Position numbers and translations under genes: made by a program
Shown here: positions 8,578-17,343 of the stretch, piece after piece
How positions within the stretch are numbered: the stretch's first letter is position 1
Layout of the letters: every line of letters starts with the position of its first letter
Source of the DNA: a virus
Strand: one strand, 5' to 3'
Virus record (IMG/VR): IMGVR_UViG_3300045051_000531
Length of the DNA: 64,000 bases
Notes under the pieces: generated by a model
The model's input: the letters and a program-made list of their open reading frames with translations, nothing else
The model's database searches: none
What the model was told of the DNA's origin: nothing

Positions 8578-11029
8578 GCGGATCGACCCTCATCATGTCT
8601 TCAGGCTGGTGGGCATCGGTGAGGTAAGTAGGTACCCCGTGACGGTGGATTGTCCGCTCTGTTCCGGCGTCAGCAAGTTGGAACTCCGGACCCCGGATCA
8701 CGTCCAGTGCCGGAGCTGTCACTTCAGCGGCGACCTGGTCTCCCTGTACGCCAAGAAGACCGGGGTCGAGATCGCGGATGCCGTCGGTACCCTGCAGCAG
8801 CTCGGTGCCCTGGATCTCCGAGGCGCCGAAAGTGGCCCCTACGTCGACGACGCCAAGCGTCAGGACGCCATCAAGGGGCTCATCGCGAAGCGGCTCGCCT
8901 GGATCGCCAAGGAAGGCTTCGGGTTCGCGATCCCGTCGATCCTGGATCGCCTGAACTGCAGGCAGTACATCCATGGGCTCCCCGCGTTGCTCCCACACGT
9001 GATCCCGCTGCGCCGTGAGGACCTCATCGGACCCGTGTTCGCGAGCTCAGAAGCGGTCCCCAAGGAGTGCAAGCAGACCTGGGTGTGGTGGTCCAATTAC
9101 TCGGCACTCACGGTCCCAGTATATCATGGCACCGACATAATCGGCTTACACGTCATGACTTCCAAGGAGACCCGGTATCTCCCGTTCGTCGGTGGATCCA
9201 AGCGGATCCACGTTGGTGCCGCGTTCGGGCTGCTACCGTCGTACCTGGATCCAGCGGTGCTCGTCGTCGACGACGTCCACGTCGCCCTGCGGTACATGCT
9301 GTGGAGCCTGGCTGACCACGGCAGAGTGGTCCCCTTCGTGGCGCCCCAAGGGATCCGGGACACCGTGGAGTTCTACCAGGGTGGTCGTACTGTGTTTTGG
9401 TCCCCGCGCGGGGACCCCAAGCACTACCTCCGCGCCATTGAGACCCCACGGGCTCAGACCCTGGACCACACCTACGCCGGGAAGTTCGACGTCGACCGCG
9501 ATCTCCCGTTCCGGGGCAGCTTCGGGCAGCTCATCGCCGCAGCCCAGGAGTCCGTGCCAGCCCACCAGGCCGCCGCGGTACAGCTCTGCCGGATGCCGGA
9601 GCCTGAGGCCAGAACGGTGCTGGCCACGGTCCGCCTGGACGCCGCGGATCGCGCCAAGGTGCTCGCCTACGTCGGTGGTGACGACGCCAGGCACGTCGCC
9701 AGCCTGTTCGAGAACGCCGTGCACGACGAAACCATCACCTGGGGTGGCGACATCATCACGGACACCCAGGACGGCTGGATCTCTCGGGGCCGCGTGATCA
9801 GCTCGGCGAAGTTCTACATCGAGAAGATCAGGCCACAGGGCAACTCAGGCGAAGCCATCGCTGAAGGCGTCATCCTGTACCGGACCCCAACCGGGAATCG
9901 GGTCAGCTTTAAGTTCGTCGAACAGATCACCGCGATGCGCAAGGACACCGGGGAGTGGCTCCAGCGCCGTGTCATCTCAATAACCGGATTTACGCCGTTC
10001 GTTGATCCACCGTGGTCCAAGAAGCTCATCGAGATCGCGCAGCAGTTCCATGCCCCGGTTCCGATCCTGGGGACCCAGTACTACGGCTGGAACGAGGACG
10101 TCCTCCGGATGCCGAACTTCACCGTCGACGCGAACGGGCTCCAAGGGGCTCAAGCGCTCGTCGAGGGTCCCATGCTGCTGCTCCCGGCCCCGCTCAGCGA
10201 CGCCGAGTGGGACGCCTTTACCTCGGAGACCTTCTGCCGCGTTTTCCTGGCGTTCCTCGGCAACGTGATCCGGACCAAGCAGGGTCGCCCCGGGTTCGCT
10301 ATGTTGCTCGCCAACGAACCACACGTCGTGTTCCGACTCGCTGATGCCTTCGCAGCCCAGGTCGTCACGAACCCGCGTCGGGATGTCCTCGAAGAGGCCA
10401 CGCTGCAGCCCTTGCCGGTGTTCGTGGAGTTCAGTCATAAAGCGGCTAACGACTTCTTCCTGTACCACCAGAACCCAGCTAACGTGGTCGTCAACACGGA
10501 CAGCAAAACAGCGCTGTTTGCCGCGTTCCGGTCGACCTGGTTGAAACTCGACATCCAGGGGGCCATCAACTACGGCGCCCTGCGTGCGATCTTCCTGGCT
10601 CTTCCGGAAATCATGCGGGCGCCAGCGATCCAGCTTGACCGCGATGATTTCTATCGACGCATCGTCCACCTGCTCGGGTTCATCCAGATGTTCCAGGTCC
10701 ACCGCACCGAGCTGCTCGCGGCTGCGGCACACCTGGACACCAAGGCGATGTACTCCTCGTCGACCCTGGCTCGTCGAGTCATGGAGACCATTGTCAGTGC
10801 TCACCGGGCCGGAGAGCTCGAGATCCATCGGACCGAGAACTACGTCAGGGTCTCCACGCTCGCCTTCATGGCCGCGGTGTCGTCCCCGATGCTGCCGCCT
10901 CCTGACATCAAGGCGATCACGCTGGCCCTGGTTGCGGCGCGGTTCATTACGTCAGGGAAGCATCTCAAACAGGAGTGGGAGTTCCCGGTGTCGATGTGGG
11001 ACATCCATATGTCGATGGTGCTGTCGTGA
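8576..11029 (+). CDS. primase-like Zn-finger protein with a DUF927-like region
   Basis: N-terminal CPLC...CRSC zinc motif followed by GDLVSLY, as in primase zinc-binding domains; 817 aa. The DUF927-like assignment is tentative. Confidence 0.5.
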   Translation: MRIDPHHVFRLVGIGEVSRYPVTVDCPLCSGVSKLELRTPDHVQCRSCHFSGDLVSLYAKKTGVEIADAVGTLQQLGALDLRGAESGPYVDDAKRQDAIKGLIAKRLAWIAKEGFGFAIPSILDRLNCRQYIHGLPALLPHVIPLRREDLIGPVFASSEAVPKECKQTWVWWSNYSALTVPVYHGTDIIGLHVMTSKETRYLPFVGGSKRIHVGAAFGLLPSYLDPAVLVVDDVHVALRYMLWSLADHGRVVPFVAPQGIRDTVEFYQGGRTVFWSPRGDPKHYLRAIETPRAQTLDHTYAGKFDVDRDLPFRGSFGQLIAAAQESVPAHQAAAVQLCRMPEPEARTVLATVRLDAADRAKVLAYVGGDDARHVASLFENAVHDETITWGGDIITDTQDGWISRGRVISSAKFYIEKIRPQGNSGEAIAEGVILYRTPTGNRVSFKFVEQITAMRKDTGEWLQRRVISITGFTPFVDPPWSKKLIEIAQQFHAPVPILGTQYYGWNEDVLRMPNFTVDANGLQGAQALVEGPMLLLPAPLSDAEWDAFTSETFCRVFLAFLGNVIRTKQGRPGFAMLLANEPHVVFRLADAFAAQVVTNPRRDVLEEATLQPLPVFVEFSHKAANDFFLYHQNPANVVVNTDSKTALFAAFRSTWLKLDIQGAINYGALRAIFLALPEIMRAPAIQLDRDDFYRRIVHLLGFIQMFQVHRTELLAAAAHLDTKAMYSSSTLARRVMETIVSAHRAGELEIHRTENYVRVSTLAFMAAVSSPMLPPPDIKAITLALVAARFITSGKHLKQEWEFPVSMWDIHMSMVLS

Positions 11030-11598
11030 CTGTTCCGCACATATTCGAGGAACCACAGTTCGGTCAGAACTGGTTCACGTACGCCGGGTTCTACAAGCAG
11101 CTCATAAGAAACGCGCCGCGCGGTGCCGTGATAGTCGAGGTTGGATCCTGGAAGGGTAAAAGCACCGCGTTCCTCGCCGTTGAGGCCATCAACGCCAACA
11201 AGAACATCAGCATATACGCGGTGGATCTGTGGCTCGGGTTGGATGACCCAGCGTACCTGGCTGATCACGATGTTAAGGCAGGGACACTGTACGCCAGGTT
11301 CCTGGACAACATGAAACCGTTGAGAAGCGTGGTTACCCCGCTTCGGATGCCGTCGTTGGACGCCAGCCGGTTGTTCCAAGATGGCGCCGTCGATGCGGTG
11401 TACATCGATGCCAGCCATAAATACGAAGACGTGCGGGCCGACATTGCAGCGTGGCTTCCCAAGGTTAAGCCGGGCGGTGTCCTGGCTGGACATGATATCC
11501 ATATTCCAGATGTCGGGCGCGCCGTATTGGAAGCCAAGCTGCCCGGCATAGGCTACAACTCAACCGAGGACATCTGGGTACACTGTAAACCGACGTAG
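11026..11598 (+). CDS. class I SAM-dependent methyltransferase (Methyltransf_24-like)
   Basis: Motifs VEVGSWKGKST, YIDASHKYEDV and GGVLAGHD; GTG start overlaps the upstream TGA. Confidence 0.85.
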   Translation: MTVPHIFEEPQFGQNWFTYAGFYKQLIRNAPRGAVIVEVGSWKGKSTAFLAVEAINANKNISIYAVDLWLGLDDPAYLADHDVKAGTLYARFLDNMKPLRSVVTPLRMPSLDASRLFQDGAVDAVYIDASHKYEDVRADIAAWLPKVKPGGVLAGHDIHIPDVGRAVLEAKLPGIGYNSTEDIWVHCKPT

Positions 11599-11669
11599 TC
11601 GCGTCACCAGGATTCGAACCTGGTCGCCGGGTGTCAAAGACCCAGATGCTGCCGTTACATCATGACGCG
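11599..11669 (-). tRNA. tRNA-Gln(UUG)
   Basis: Cloverleaf; anticodon loop CTTTGAC; T-loop TTCGAAT; no encoded CCA. Confidence 0.85.
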
Positions 11670-11670
11670 G

Positions 11671-11744
11671 TGGTTGGGGAACTAGGATTCGAACCTAGGT
11701 TGCCGGAGTCAGAATCCGGAGTCCTACCGTTGAACGATTCCCCA
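11671..11744 (-). tRNA. tRNA-Gln(CUG)
   Basis: Cloverleaf; loop TTCTGAC; encoded CCA. Confidence 0.92.
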
Positions 11745-11819
11745 TGGCTCCGAGGGCAGGGCTCGAACCTGCGACCTTGGCATTAACAGTGCCTTGCTCT
11801 ACCGCTGAGCTACCTCGGA
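11745..11819 (-). tRNA. tRNA-Asn(GUU)
   Basis: Cloverleaf; loop CTGTTAA; encoded CCA. Confidence 0.92.
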
Positions 11820-11824
11820 ATGAA

Positions 11825-11911
11825 CCCTGTGCGCAGGATCGGCCTGCATCTCCGTCGATACGGGACGTTGAACATTCTGGCGGTATTCATTTCCGCTTAC
11901 GCCAGCACAGG
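11825..11911 (-). ncRNA. atypical tRNA-like element with a possible UCA triplet
   Basis: 7-bp terminal stem CCTGTGC/GCACAGG, T-like arm GCAGG-CCGAT-CCTGC and an extra arm, in a tRNA-sized slot inside the array; anticodon stem is weak. Confidence 0.4.
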
Positions 11912-11913
11912 TG

Positions 11914-11990
11914 TGGTCTGAACGAGAGGATTCGAACCTCCGGCCCCTTGGTCCCAAGCCAAGTGCTCTGCCAGGCTGAGCTACGTTCAG
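11914..11990 (-). tRNA. tRNA-Pro(UGG)
   Basis: Cloverleaf; loop CTTGGGA; encoded CCA. Confidence 0.93.
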
Positions 11991-11993
11991 GTG

Positions 11994-12069
11994 TGGTGCT
12001 GTCCACCGGAGTTGAACCGGTAACCCCCTGCTTACGAAGCAGGTGCTCTGCCAGTTGAGCTAGGACAGC
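11994..12069 (-). tRNA. tRNA-Thr(CGU)
   Basis: Cloverleaf; loop TTCGTAA; encoded CCA. Confidence 0.9.
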
Positions 12070-12070
12070 A

Positions 12071-12141
12071 TGCCACCGCCGGGAATCGAACCCAGTCCCC
12101 CTGCTTACAAAACAGGAGCTCGGCCTTAGAGCTTCAGCGGC
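12071..12141 (-). tRNA. tRNA-Thr(UGU)
   Basis: Cloverleaf; loop TTTGTAA; no encoded CCA. Confidence 0.85.
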
Positions 12142-12154
12142 GAACTACGTCATA

Positions 12155-12196
12155 GATAAAATAAAAGAGCGGAGCCCCGACCACTGGCCGGGGCTC
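12155..12196 (-). terminator. intrinsic terminator-like hairpin with U-tract
   Basis: Stem GAGCCCCG/CGGGGCTC followed on the minus strand by CTCTTTTATTTTAT. Confidence 0.6.
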
Positions 12197-12304
12197 TCTG
12201 GGAGATCTGAAGCGAGGGAATCGCTTAGACGCCGAGAACCGCGGCCAACCGTGTCGGTGGCTGTTGCGTGTTCGTCGGATTGGGCGTCGAAGCGGTCATC
12301 TGGG

Positions 12305-12694
12305 CTACAGCGTAACGTCGATTTCGAAGTGTCTAGCGACAGCGGCCCAGTCCACGCAGGGCCGCTTGAAACCCTCAGGCTGGATCAGTGGGCATCCGAA
12401 CGCGGCGTCATCGATGTAGAGCTGGGCGTACGCTTTCGGGGATGCCGTCCAGGTGTGCTGTTCCGGGTTCTCCAGGATCCCCCACAGCTTGATGCCGTGA
12501 CGTGTAAACCACATCACGGCATCGGCGAGCTGGGGTCCGCTGCGCATCGTCCACAGGATCAGCTTGGTCCCAGCCGCTTCCATGGCTCGCAGAACAGCCA
12601 CAGATCCTGGAGCGTCGATACCTACGGCAGGGAACCGGTGATCGACGCAGGTCCCATCGAAGTCGACGGCGACAATAGCGGGGAGGTCAGGCAT
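12305..12694 (-). CDS. HAD-superfamily hydrolase (phage type)
   Basis: HAD motif I VAVDFDGT, motif II LILWTMR and C-terminal YIDDAA. Confidence 0.85.
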   Translation of the reverse strand: MPDLPAIVAVDFDGTCVDHRFPAVGIDAPGSVAVLRAMEAAGTKLILWTMRSGPQLADAVMWFTRHGIKLWGILENPEQHTWTASPKAYAQLYIDDAAFGCPLIQPEGFKRPCVDWAAVARHFEIDVTL

Positions 12695-12733
12695 CTCAGA
12701 TACCTAGCGGTGCCCAGCCGTTTTGCAAGAGGC

Positions 12734-13210
12734 TTAGACGTTATCTGGCGGCAACGTGTTCAGGTAGTTGACCTTCAGGCGGATCTTTCCCGCAGTGAAA
12801 GCTTTGTCGTTGTCGGAGCCGCGACAGGTGATCGTGATCGGCAGCGCCGAAAACGAGAACGTGGCAGTCAGCTGCGTGTTGCCTGAGAGCGTGTACACGT
12901 TCGACTTCTTCGTGTTGACGAAGACATCATCCAGATTGGCGTAGCGGCTGCCGATCTGAATCTCTGCCCAAGGGGCCTCATCGGTGGTCACGAGCTCTTC
13001 GATGATGATCGCCGAAAACGAGTACAGCCCAGCCTCTGCTGGGACCTGGAACGGTAACGTGACGATGTGGTCCGTGTTTCCAGCGAAATCGATGATGGTG
13101 TCGATCGTGGTGAAATCGCTGGTACCGCCGCCTTGCCCCGCCGCGAGATCATCCAGCGCGGTCTTATGGCGGCTCAGATAGCGGACCGAGGAGGATGGCA
13201 GTGTGGTCAT
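12734..13210 (-). CDS. hypothetical beta-rich protein
   Basis: 158 aa between the two tRNA clusters. Confidence 0.55.
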   Translation of the reverse strand: MTTLPSSSVRYLSRHKTALDDLAAGQGGGTSDFTTIDTIIDFAGNTDHIVTLPFQVPAEAGLYSFSAIIIEELVTTDEAPWAEIQIGSRYANLDDVFVNTKKSNVYTLSGNTQLTATFSFSALPITITCRGSDNDKAFTAGKIRLKVNYLNTLPPDNV

Positions 13211-13273
13211 GTCGACAAGTTACCGGCGTCTCCTGGTCCCAGCAACAGCAGCTCTACGGGCTCAATTTGCAAG

Positions 13274-13361
13274 TGGCGGAAGCGGAGGGAGTCGAACCCC
13301 CAGTGCCAGTAAGGCACGGCAGTTTTCAAGACTGTTGAGCGCGCCAGTGCTCAGCGCTTCC
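13274..13361 (-). tRNA. tRNA-Ser(UGA)
   Basis: Cloverleaf with long variable arm; loop CTTGAAA; encoded CCA. Confidence 0.92.
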
Positions 13362-13364
13362 AAG

Positions 13365-13437
13365 TCGCCGCGGAGGGATTCGAACCCCCAACATCTACGA
13401 CCTCAACGTAGCGCCTCTGCCAGTTGGGCTACGCGGC
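13365..13437 (-). tRNA. tRNA-Leu(GAG), short variable loop
   Basis: Cloverleaf; loop TTGAGGT; A73; no long variable arm. Confidence 0.8.
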
Positions 13438-13438
13438 G

Positions 13439-13515
13439 TGGTACGCCTGGGTGGACTCGAACCACCAACTGACTCCATTTTGAGTGGAGCACCTCTGCCG
13501 TTGGGTTACAGGCGC
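13439..13515 (-). tRNA. tRNA-Leu(CAA), short variable loop
   Basis: Cloverleaf; loop CTCAAAA; encoded CCA. Confidence 0.85.
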
Positions 13516-13518
13516 GTC

Positions 13519-13608
13519 TGGTGGGATGGGGAGGAGTCGAACCTCTTGCCCCGAAGGGAACTGGTTTACAGCCAGCCGCACTGCCGTCGTACCTTATGAC
13601 CTCATCCC
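13519..13608 (-). tRNA. tRNA-Tyr(GUA)
   Basis: Loop CTGTAAA, variable arm, encoded CCA; D-arm enlarged and irregular. Confidence 0.82.
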
Positions 13609-13611
13609 ATG

Positions 13612-13688
13612 TGGTACCGGAAGTGGGAGTCGAACCCACATAGATCTTGGTTCTGAGCCAAGCATGTCTCCTGTTGCATCATTCCGGC
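13612..13688 (-). tRNA. tRNA-Leu(CAG), short variable loop
   Basis: Cloverleaf; loop CTCAGAA; encoded CCA. Confidence 0.85.
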
Positions 13689-13698
13689 GTGAATTATC

Positions 13699-13737
13699 AA
13701 AGAAAAGGGCCACCTCCGGGATTCCGGGGGTGGCCCT
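13699..13737 (-). terminator. intrinsic terminator-like hairpin with U-tract
   Basis: 14-bp GC-rich stem at 13706-13737 followed on the minus strand by TTTTCTTT. Confidence 0.6.
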
Positions 13738-13862
13738 AAAAGCGGAACCCCCGGCCTAGCAGCCGGGGGTCCATCACAACCGCGATGAAGCTCCCAGCTC
13801 TACTGCGTAAGCAGTGAGGACAAATAGGAGCGAACTAACGAGATCTTGGTCACGACGTTAGC

Positions 13863-13890
13863 ACCGTATGTGTTCCTTTGAACACGTCAA
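13863..13890 (-). promoter_or_regulatory. possible sigma70-type promoter for the tRNA cluster
   Basis: TTGACG, 16-nt spacer, TACGGT on the minus strand. Confidence 0.3.
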
Positions 13891-13894
13891 GTTT

Positions 13895-14227
13895 CTAGCG
13901 GCGGACACCCTGGCTTATGCCAGAGGCCAGGGGCGCCGACGGTGACGCTTCGATGAGTTCACGGATCGAACGGATCACATCGAGGCGCTCGCGGCGCTGC
14001 ACTTCCAAGACGGATACGAGATCAGACAGTCCGCCACCACAGCACCCCTTGCCCTCGGTCTTCTCGGCGGCCGGGGAGGGGCCATGGATCTGGTCATGGA
14101 GGGTATTGCGGACGAGCTCGAGCAGCGCCAGCTCCTCGATCTGATCCTTGCGCAGCGTGTCGAGATCGCTGCTGATGCCCCGAAGGGTAGACGGGGAGCG
14201 GGTGGTTGGGTTGGATGAGCTAAGCAT
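13895..14227 (-). CDS. hypothetical coiled-coil protein
   Basis: RBS GGAGG before the ATG at 14227; 110 aa. Confidence 0.6.
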   Translation of the reverse strand: MLSSSNPTTRSPSTLRGISSDLDTLRKDQIEELALLELVRNTLHDQIHGPSPAAEKTEGKGCCGGGLSDLVSVLEVQRRERLDVIRSIRELIEASPSAPLASGISQGVRR

Positions 14228-14288
14228 GTGGGCCTCCTGGTGGTAGTGGTTTACTCGGTTCACGAGTACGTTAGTGGGTCTGAGCGCC

Positions 14289-15974
14289 TCAGGTTTCGCG
14301 GTACGTCGGCACACCCGGCTGCGCCTCGACCTTTTTATAGGTCTTCTGGATATCGGCCTCCAGCGCGGCATCGACGGGGTCCGGGTGGTTCGACGTACTG
14401 TATTTCCCGACGTCAGCCGTGATCCCGTAATACGCCCTGATCTCATCGGGCGTCCAGTTCATGATGCGCTGCCGTTCCCCCTCGTTCAGCTTGCCGTGCA
14501 TTTTGTCAGGGAAACAGCTGGGGGTTCTGGTGTGAGCGAAGTGAACCAGCGGAGCCCGGAGTTGGATCGCGGGACCATAGATCTTGGTGTACCGGAGCAG
14601 GAGTTCGTCGTCCTCGGCACCCCAGCCCCAGAACAGCTCGCTCATGCCCCTGGCGTGTTTGAACTTCGCGGTGTTCAGGAACACGCAGGCCTGGGCCACC
14701 GCCATGTTGATCTTCCAGAGAACTTCCTTGGGGTCATTGACGACACCGAAGTTGAAGCGACCAGCTTTGACCGCGGCGAGATGTTTCCGACCGATGTGGT
14801 AAAGCGTGTTGAACGGCGTCGCGGCAGCATGCCCGGCCTTGGTGACAGCGTAGTAGGCCCCAGTGACTTGCCCCATGGAGATCAGGGCGTCGGTGTCCCA
14901 GATCGCCACGGCCTCTGTTTCGACCCACTGCAACGCGGTGTTCACGGGCCTCGTCCTGGACCACAGCGCCCCAGGTTCCCGCTGCACGAAGAAGTACCGG
15001 ATCCCCGGCTTATCCAGGAAGAACTCAGCGAGCCTGGGACGGGTGTCGTACTCCACGATGAAGATCTGCGGGATGCAGAGCCGCTCCAACATGTAGGTCG
15101 TCACCGTCATGATGTTTTCGAAGCGGTCCGTGCTGTCGATGCACACCGGCATGATCGCGGTGAGATCCAGTGCCGGCTTATCGAAGTACTTCCGTATCGC
15201 GGCGTGGTACGAGTTCTGCATCTCGAAGACGCCGATCTCCGAGGCGAACTGCAGGTAGTACCAGTTCACGGACAGCCCGAGCGCAACGATATAAGCTGAG
15301 TCCATGGGATACGAGGTATCCATGAACATTCTGGACTTACCTTCATCAGTCCAAGCTGGGACAGGATTCGGTTCGGTCCGGAGTCCGATGAACTGACCGG
15401 GAAGCTTATCGGCTACGGTCTTGAACGCGCGTTTGGTGAACACCGCGTTCCGCTCATCGAAGTCGCCTGGCTCATCGTAGGCCAGCAGGGCCTGCAGCAC
15501 GATATGTTTAACCGGGGCTGCGAGGACCGAGGATACCAGCGAGACTTCGCCGTTTCCCCAGATCTCTTCACAGGCCATGACGACGTCGTCGTTCCAGGCC
15601 GGCATCGAACGAATTGGCTTCAGGAAGATGGAGTCGATGTCGGCGTAGATCCCGCCATGTTCATAGATGATCTCGAACCGCGCGAAGTCCGTCATCAAAC
15701 CAGGATACGGGATCCGACGACCCTTATGGACGTGCTTGAACTCCTTGTACCTAGCCTCAATGGGAACCTTATAGAAGTCCCGGGCCCGAATCACGGCGCG
15801 CTCGAACCACTCCAAGCCATCCATGGGCCCATCGGACCACACCACGATGCGGTCCGGCTTCTGGGTCTCCGCGCAGGACAACAGGGCGGCGTACTGCATC
15901 CCGCAGAACGGCACCATCTGTTTCCCGTTCAACGGCTTCTGGAGATGGATGAAGTGCCAGGTGTTTGGGATCAC
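14289..15974 (-). CDS. two-domain glycosyltransferase (GT32-like DxD domain plus GT2/GT7-like domain)
   Basis: N-terminal DFARFEIIYEHGGIYADID; C-terminal WDTD and FWGWGAEDDE; GTG start overlaps the upstream TGA. Confidence 0.85.
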   Translation of the reverse strand: MIPNTWHFIHLQKPLNGKQMVPFCGMQYAALLSCAETQKPDRIVVWSDGPMDGLEWFERAVIRARDFYKVPIEARYKEFKHVHKGRRIPYPGLMTDFARFEIIYEHGGIYADIDSIFLKPIRSMPAWNDDVVMACEEIWGNGEVSLVSSVLAAPVKHIVLQALLAYDEPGDFDERNAVFTKRAFKTVADKLPGQFIGLRTEPNPVPAWTDEGKSRMFMDTSYPMDSAYIVALGLSVNWYYLQFASEIGVFEMQNSYHAAIRKYFDKPALDLTAIMPVCIDSTDRFENIMTVTTYMLERLCIPQIFIVEYDTRPRLAEFFLDKPGIRYFFVQREPGALWSRTRPVNTALQWVETEAVAIWDTDALISMGQVTGAYYAVTKAGHAAATPFNTLYHIGRKHLAAVKAGRFNFGVVNDPKEVLWKINMAVAQACVFLNTAKFKHARGMSELFWGWGAEDDELLLRYTKIYGPAIQLRAPLVHFAHTRTPSCFPDKMHGKLNEGERQRIMNWTPDEIRAYYGITADVGKYSTSNHPDPVDAALEADIQKTYKKVEAQPGVPTYRET

Positions 15975-17092
15975 TGGAGCCCCATGAGTCCGAGCCACTC
16001 CGAGGCGCACCGCGTCCAGGCCCACTCGGAACCCTTGCGGTGGGTCTCTACGAGACAGACATCCCGGATCTCCTTATGAAGATCCGTCGAGAACGCCTTC
16101 GCGATGCGTTCCGCGGCGGCGTCAGGCAGGACACGTCTCCGGAACTCCGGCCTGATCTCAAGGAGCCCAGCTGGCAGCTCGATACCACGCTTCCCTTCGA
16201 TGAGTTCCAGCCAGATGTGGTCATCCGGAGCCGCGACAACACATCCCGCAGCCTGGGCTTCCAGAATGTCGCCAGGCCAACCCGACGCGGTGTCCGCGCA
16301 GAGGTAGACGTCGGCGGCGTTGTAGACCAGGTTCCGGGTTCCGGCGTCGGGGATCCCGTACAGAGGCCTGACATCGGTTCCGAAGACGAGATCGAGACCG
16401 GAGCATCTGGCCTCGATCCAGGGATGCTTGGCGAGCAGGGCCACGACGACCCGCCGCGGTGCCATGCGGTCCTTGAGCTGCTTGATCGTCGCCAAGGTCA
16501 CCGCGGTATCGTGGGCCCAGGTGACTACGACGAAATCGGAGTCCGTGACGTCGCCGAAGATGGCTTCCCGGATCTCGGCCCGGCTGAAGTCCCGCTTGAA
16601 GGGATCCATGGGAACAAACGTCTTGGTGTCCGTACCAGGCCTGATCACCTTGGTTTCATAGGCCCCCTTGAACACCGCCTTGGGGACCTTGCCGTTGAGA
16701 TCGAGGAGCACGTTGCGGTATGCCTGTGCCGCCATGTTGGAGGTCGCCACGAAGAAGTCGAAGTGCGTTGCCAACGGGGCCACGGTGCGACCCAGGAACG
16801 GGGTCTCGATGAAGGCGTACGCGTAGACGATCGCGGAACTCGCCGTGGACGTGATGCCAGCGGCGACGTACTGCTCCAGGTCAGCTGGGGTCCCCATGAC
16901 GACGACATGGGTCCAGGCTACAGCAGCCAGTGCTGCCGGTAACTCGACGTCAGCTGGGTAACTCTTGAACCCAGGGATCTCGGGGCCGTGGATCCCGACG
17001 GTCTCGAACTTCGCAGCGATCAGGGGTACCAGGGCAGCCGGGATCCCGGTGTAGGACCCCCTGGCGGGGGCGACAACGAGAAGGGCAGCCAT
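15971..17092 (-). CDS. GT-B (GT4-like) glycosyltransferase
   Basis: RPGTDTKTF and YNAADVYL...GWPGDILEAQAAG (degenerate E-x7-E motif). Confidence 0.75.
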   Translation of the reverse strand: MAALLVVAPARGSYTGIPAALVPLIAAKFETVGIHGPEIPGFKSYPADVELPAALAAVAWTHVVVMGTPADLEQYVAAGITSTASSAIVYAYAFIETPFLGRTVAPLATHFDFFVATSNMAAQAYRNVLLDLNGKVPKAVFKGAYETKVIRPGTDTKTFVPMDPFKRDFSRAEIREAIFGDVTDSDFVVVTWAHDTAVTLATIKQLKDRMAPRRVVVALLAKHPWIEARCSGLDLVFGTDVRPLYGIPDAGTRNLVYNAADVYLCADTASGWPGDILEAQAAGCVVAAPDDHIWLELIEGKRGIELPAGLLEIRPEFRRRVLPDAAAERIAKAFSTDLHKEIRDVCLVETHRKGSEWAWTRCASEWLGLMGLQ

Positions 17093-17340
17093 TCCCGGAC
17101 CGTAGTGGTACCTAGGGTAGTTGTCAATAAATGGAGTACCCCGGCCAGGGGGTCCCAGGGGGCCAGATCCCCCTGACCGGGGATCGATCCCCCTGGGGAG
17201 GCATATACCCCCTACCGGGGGTACTTAATAAACACCCCATATGTCGCATAATACCTTGAGTCCCCTATAGCTCTCACGAACTAATAGAGATTCAGGATCC
17301 AGCAGGTTCAAGCTTCGGCTTGGATCTGAGGGGTACCTAT
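17093..17340. promoter_or_regulatory. divergent intergenic region rich in palindromes
   Basis: Strand-switch point with several G/C-run inverted repeats and AT-rich patches. Confidence 0.4.
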
Positions 17341-17343
17341 CAC

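Noticed and set aside
11744-13759. ORF calls over the tRNA clusters (e.g. 11744-12058, 13203-13472, 13403-13639, 13484-13759)
   Set aside because: They are translations of tRNA genes on one strand or the other.
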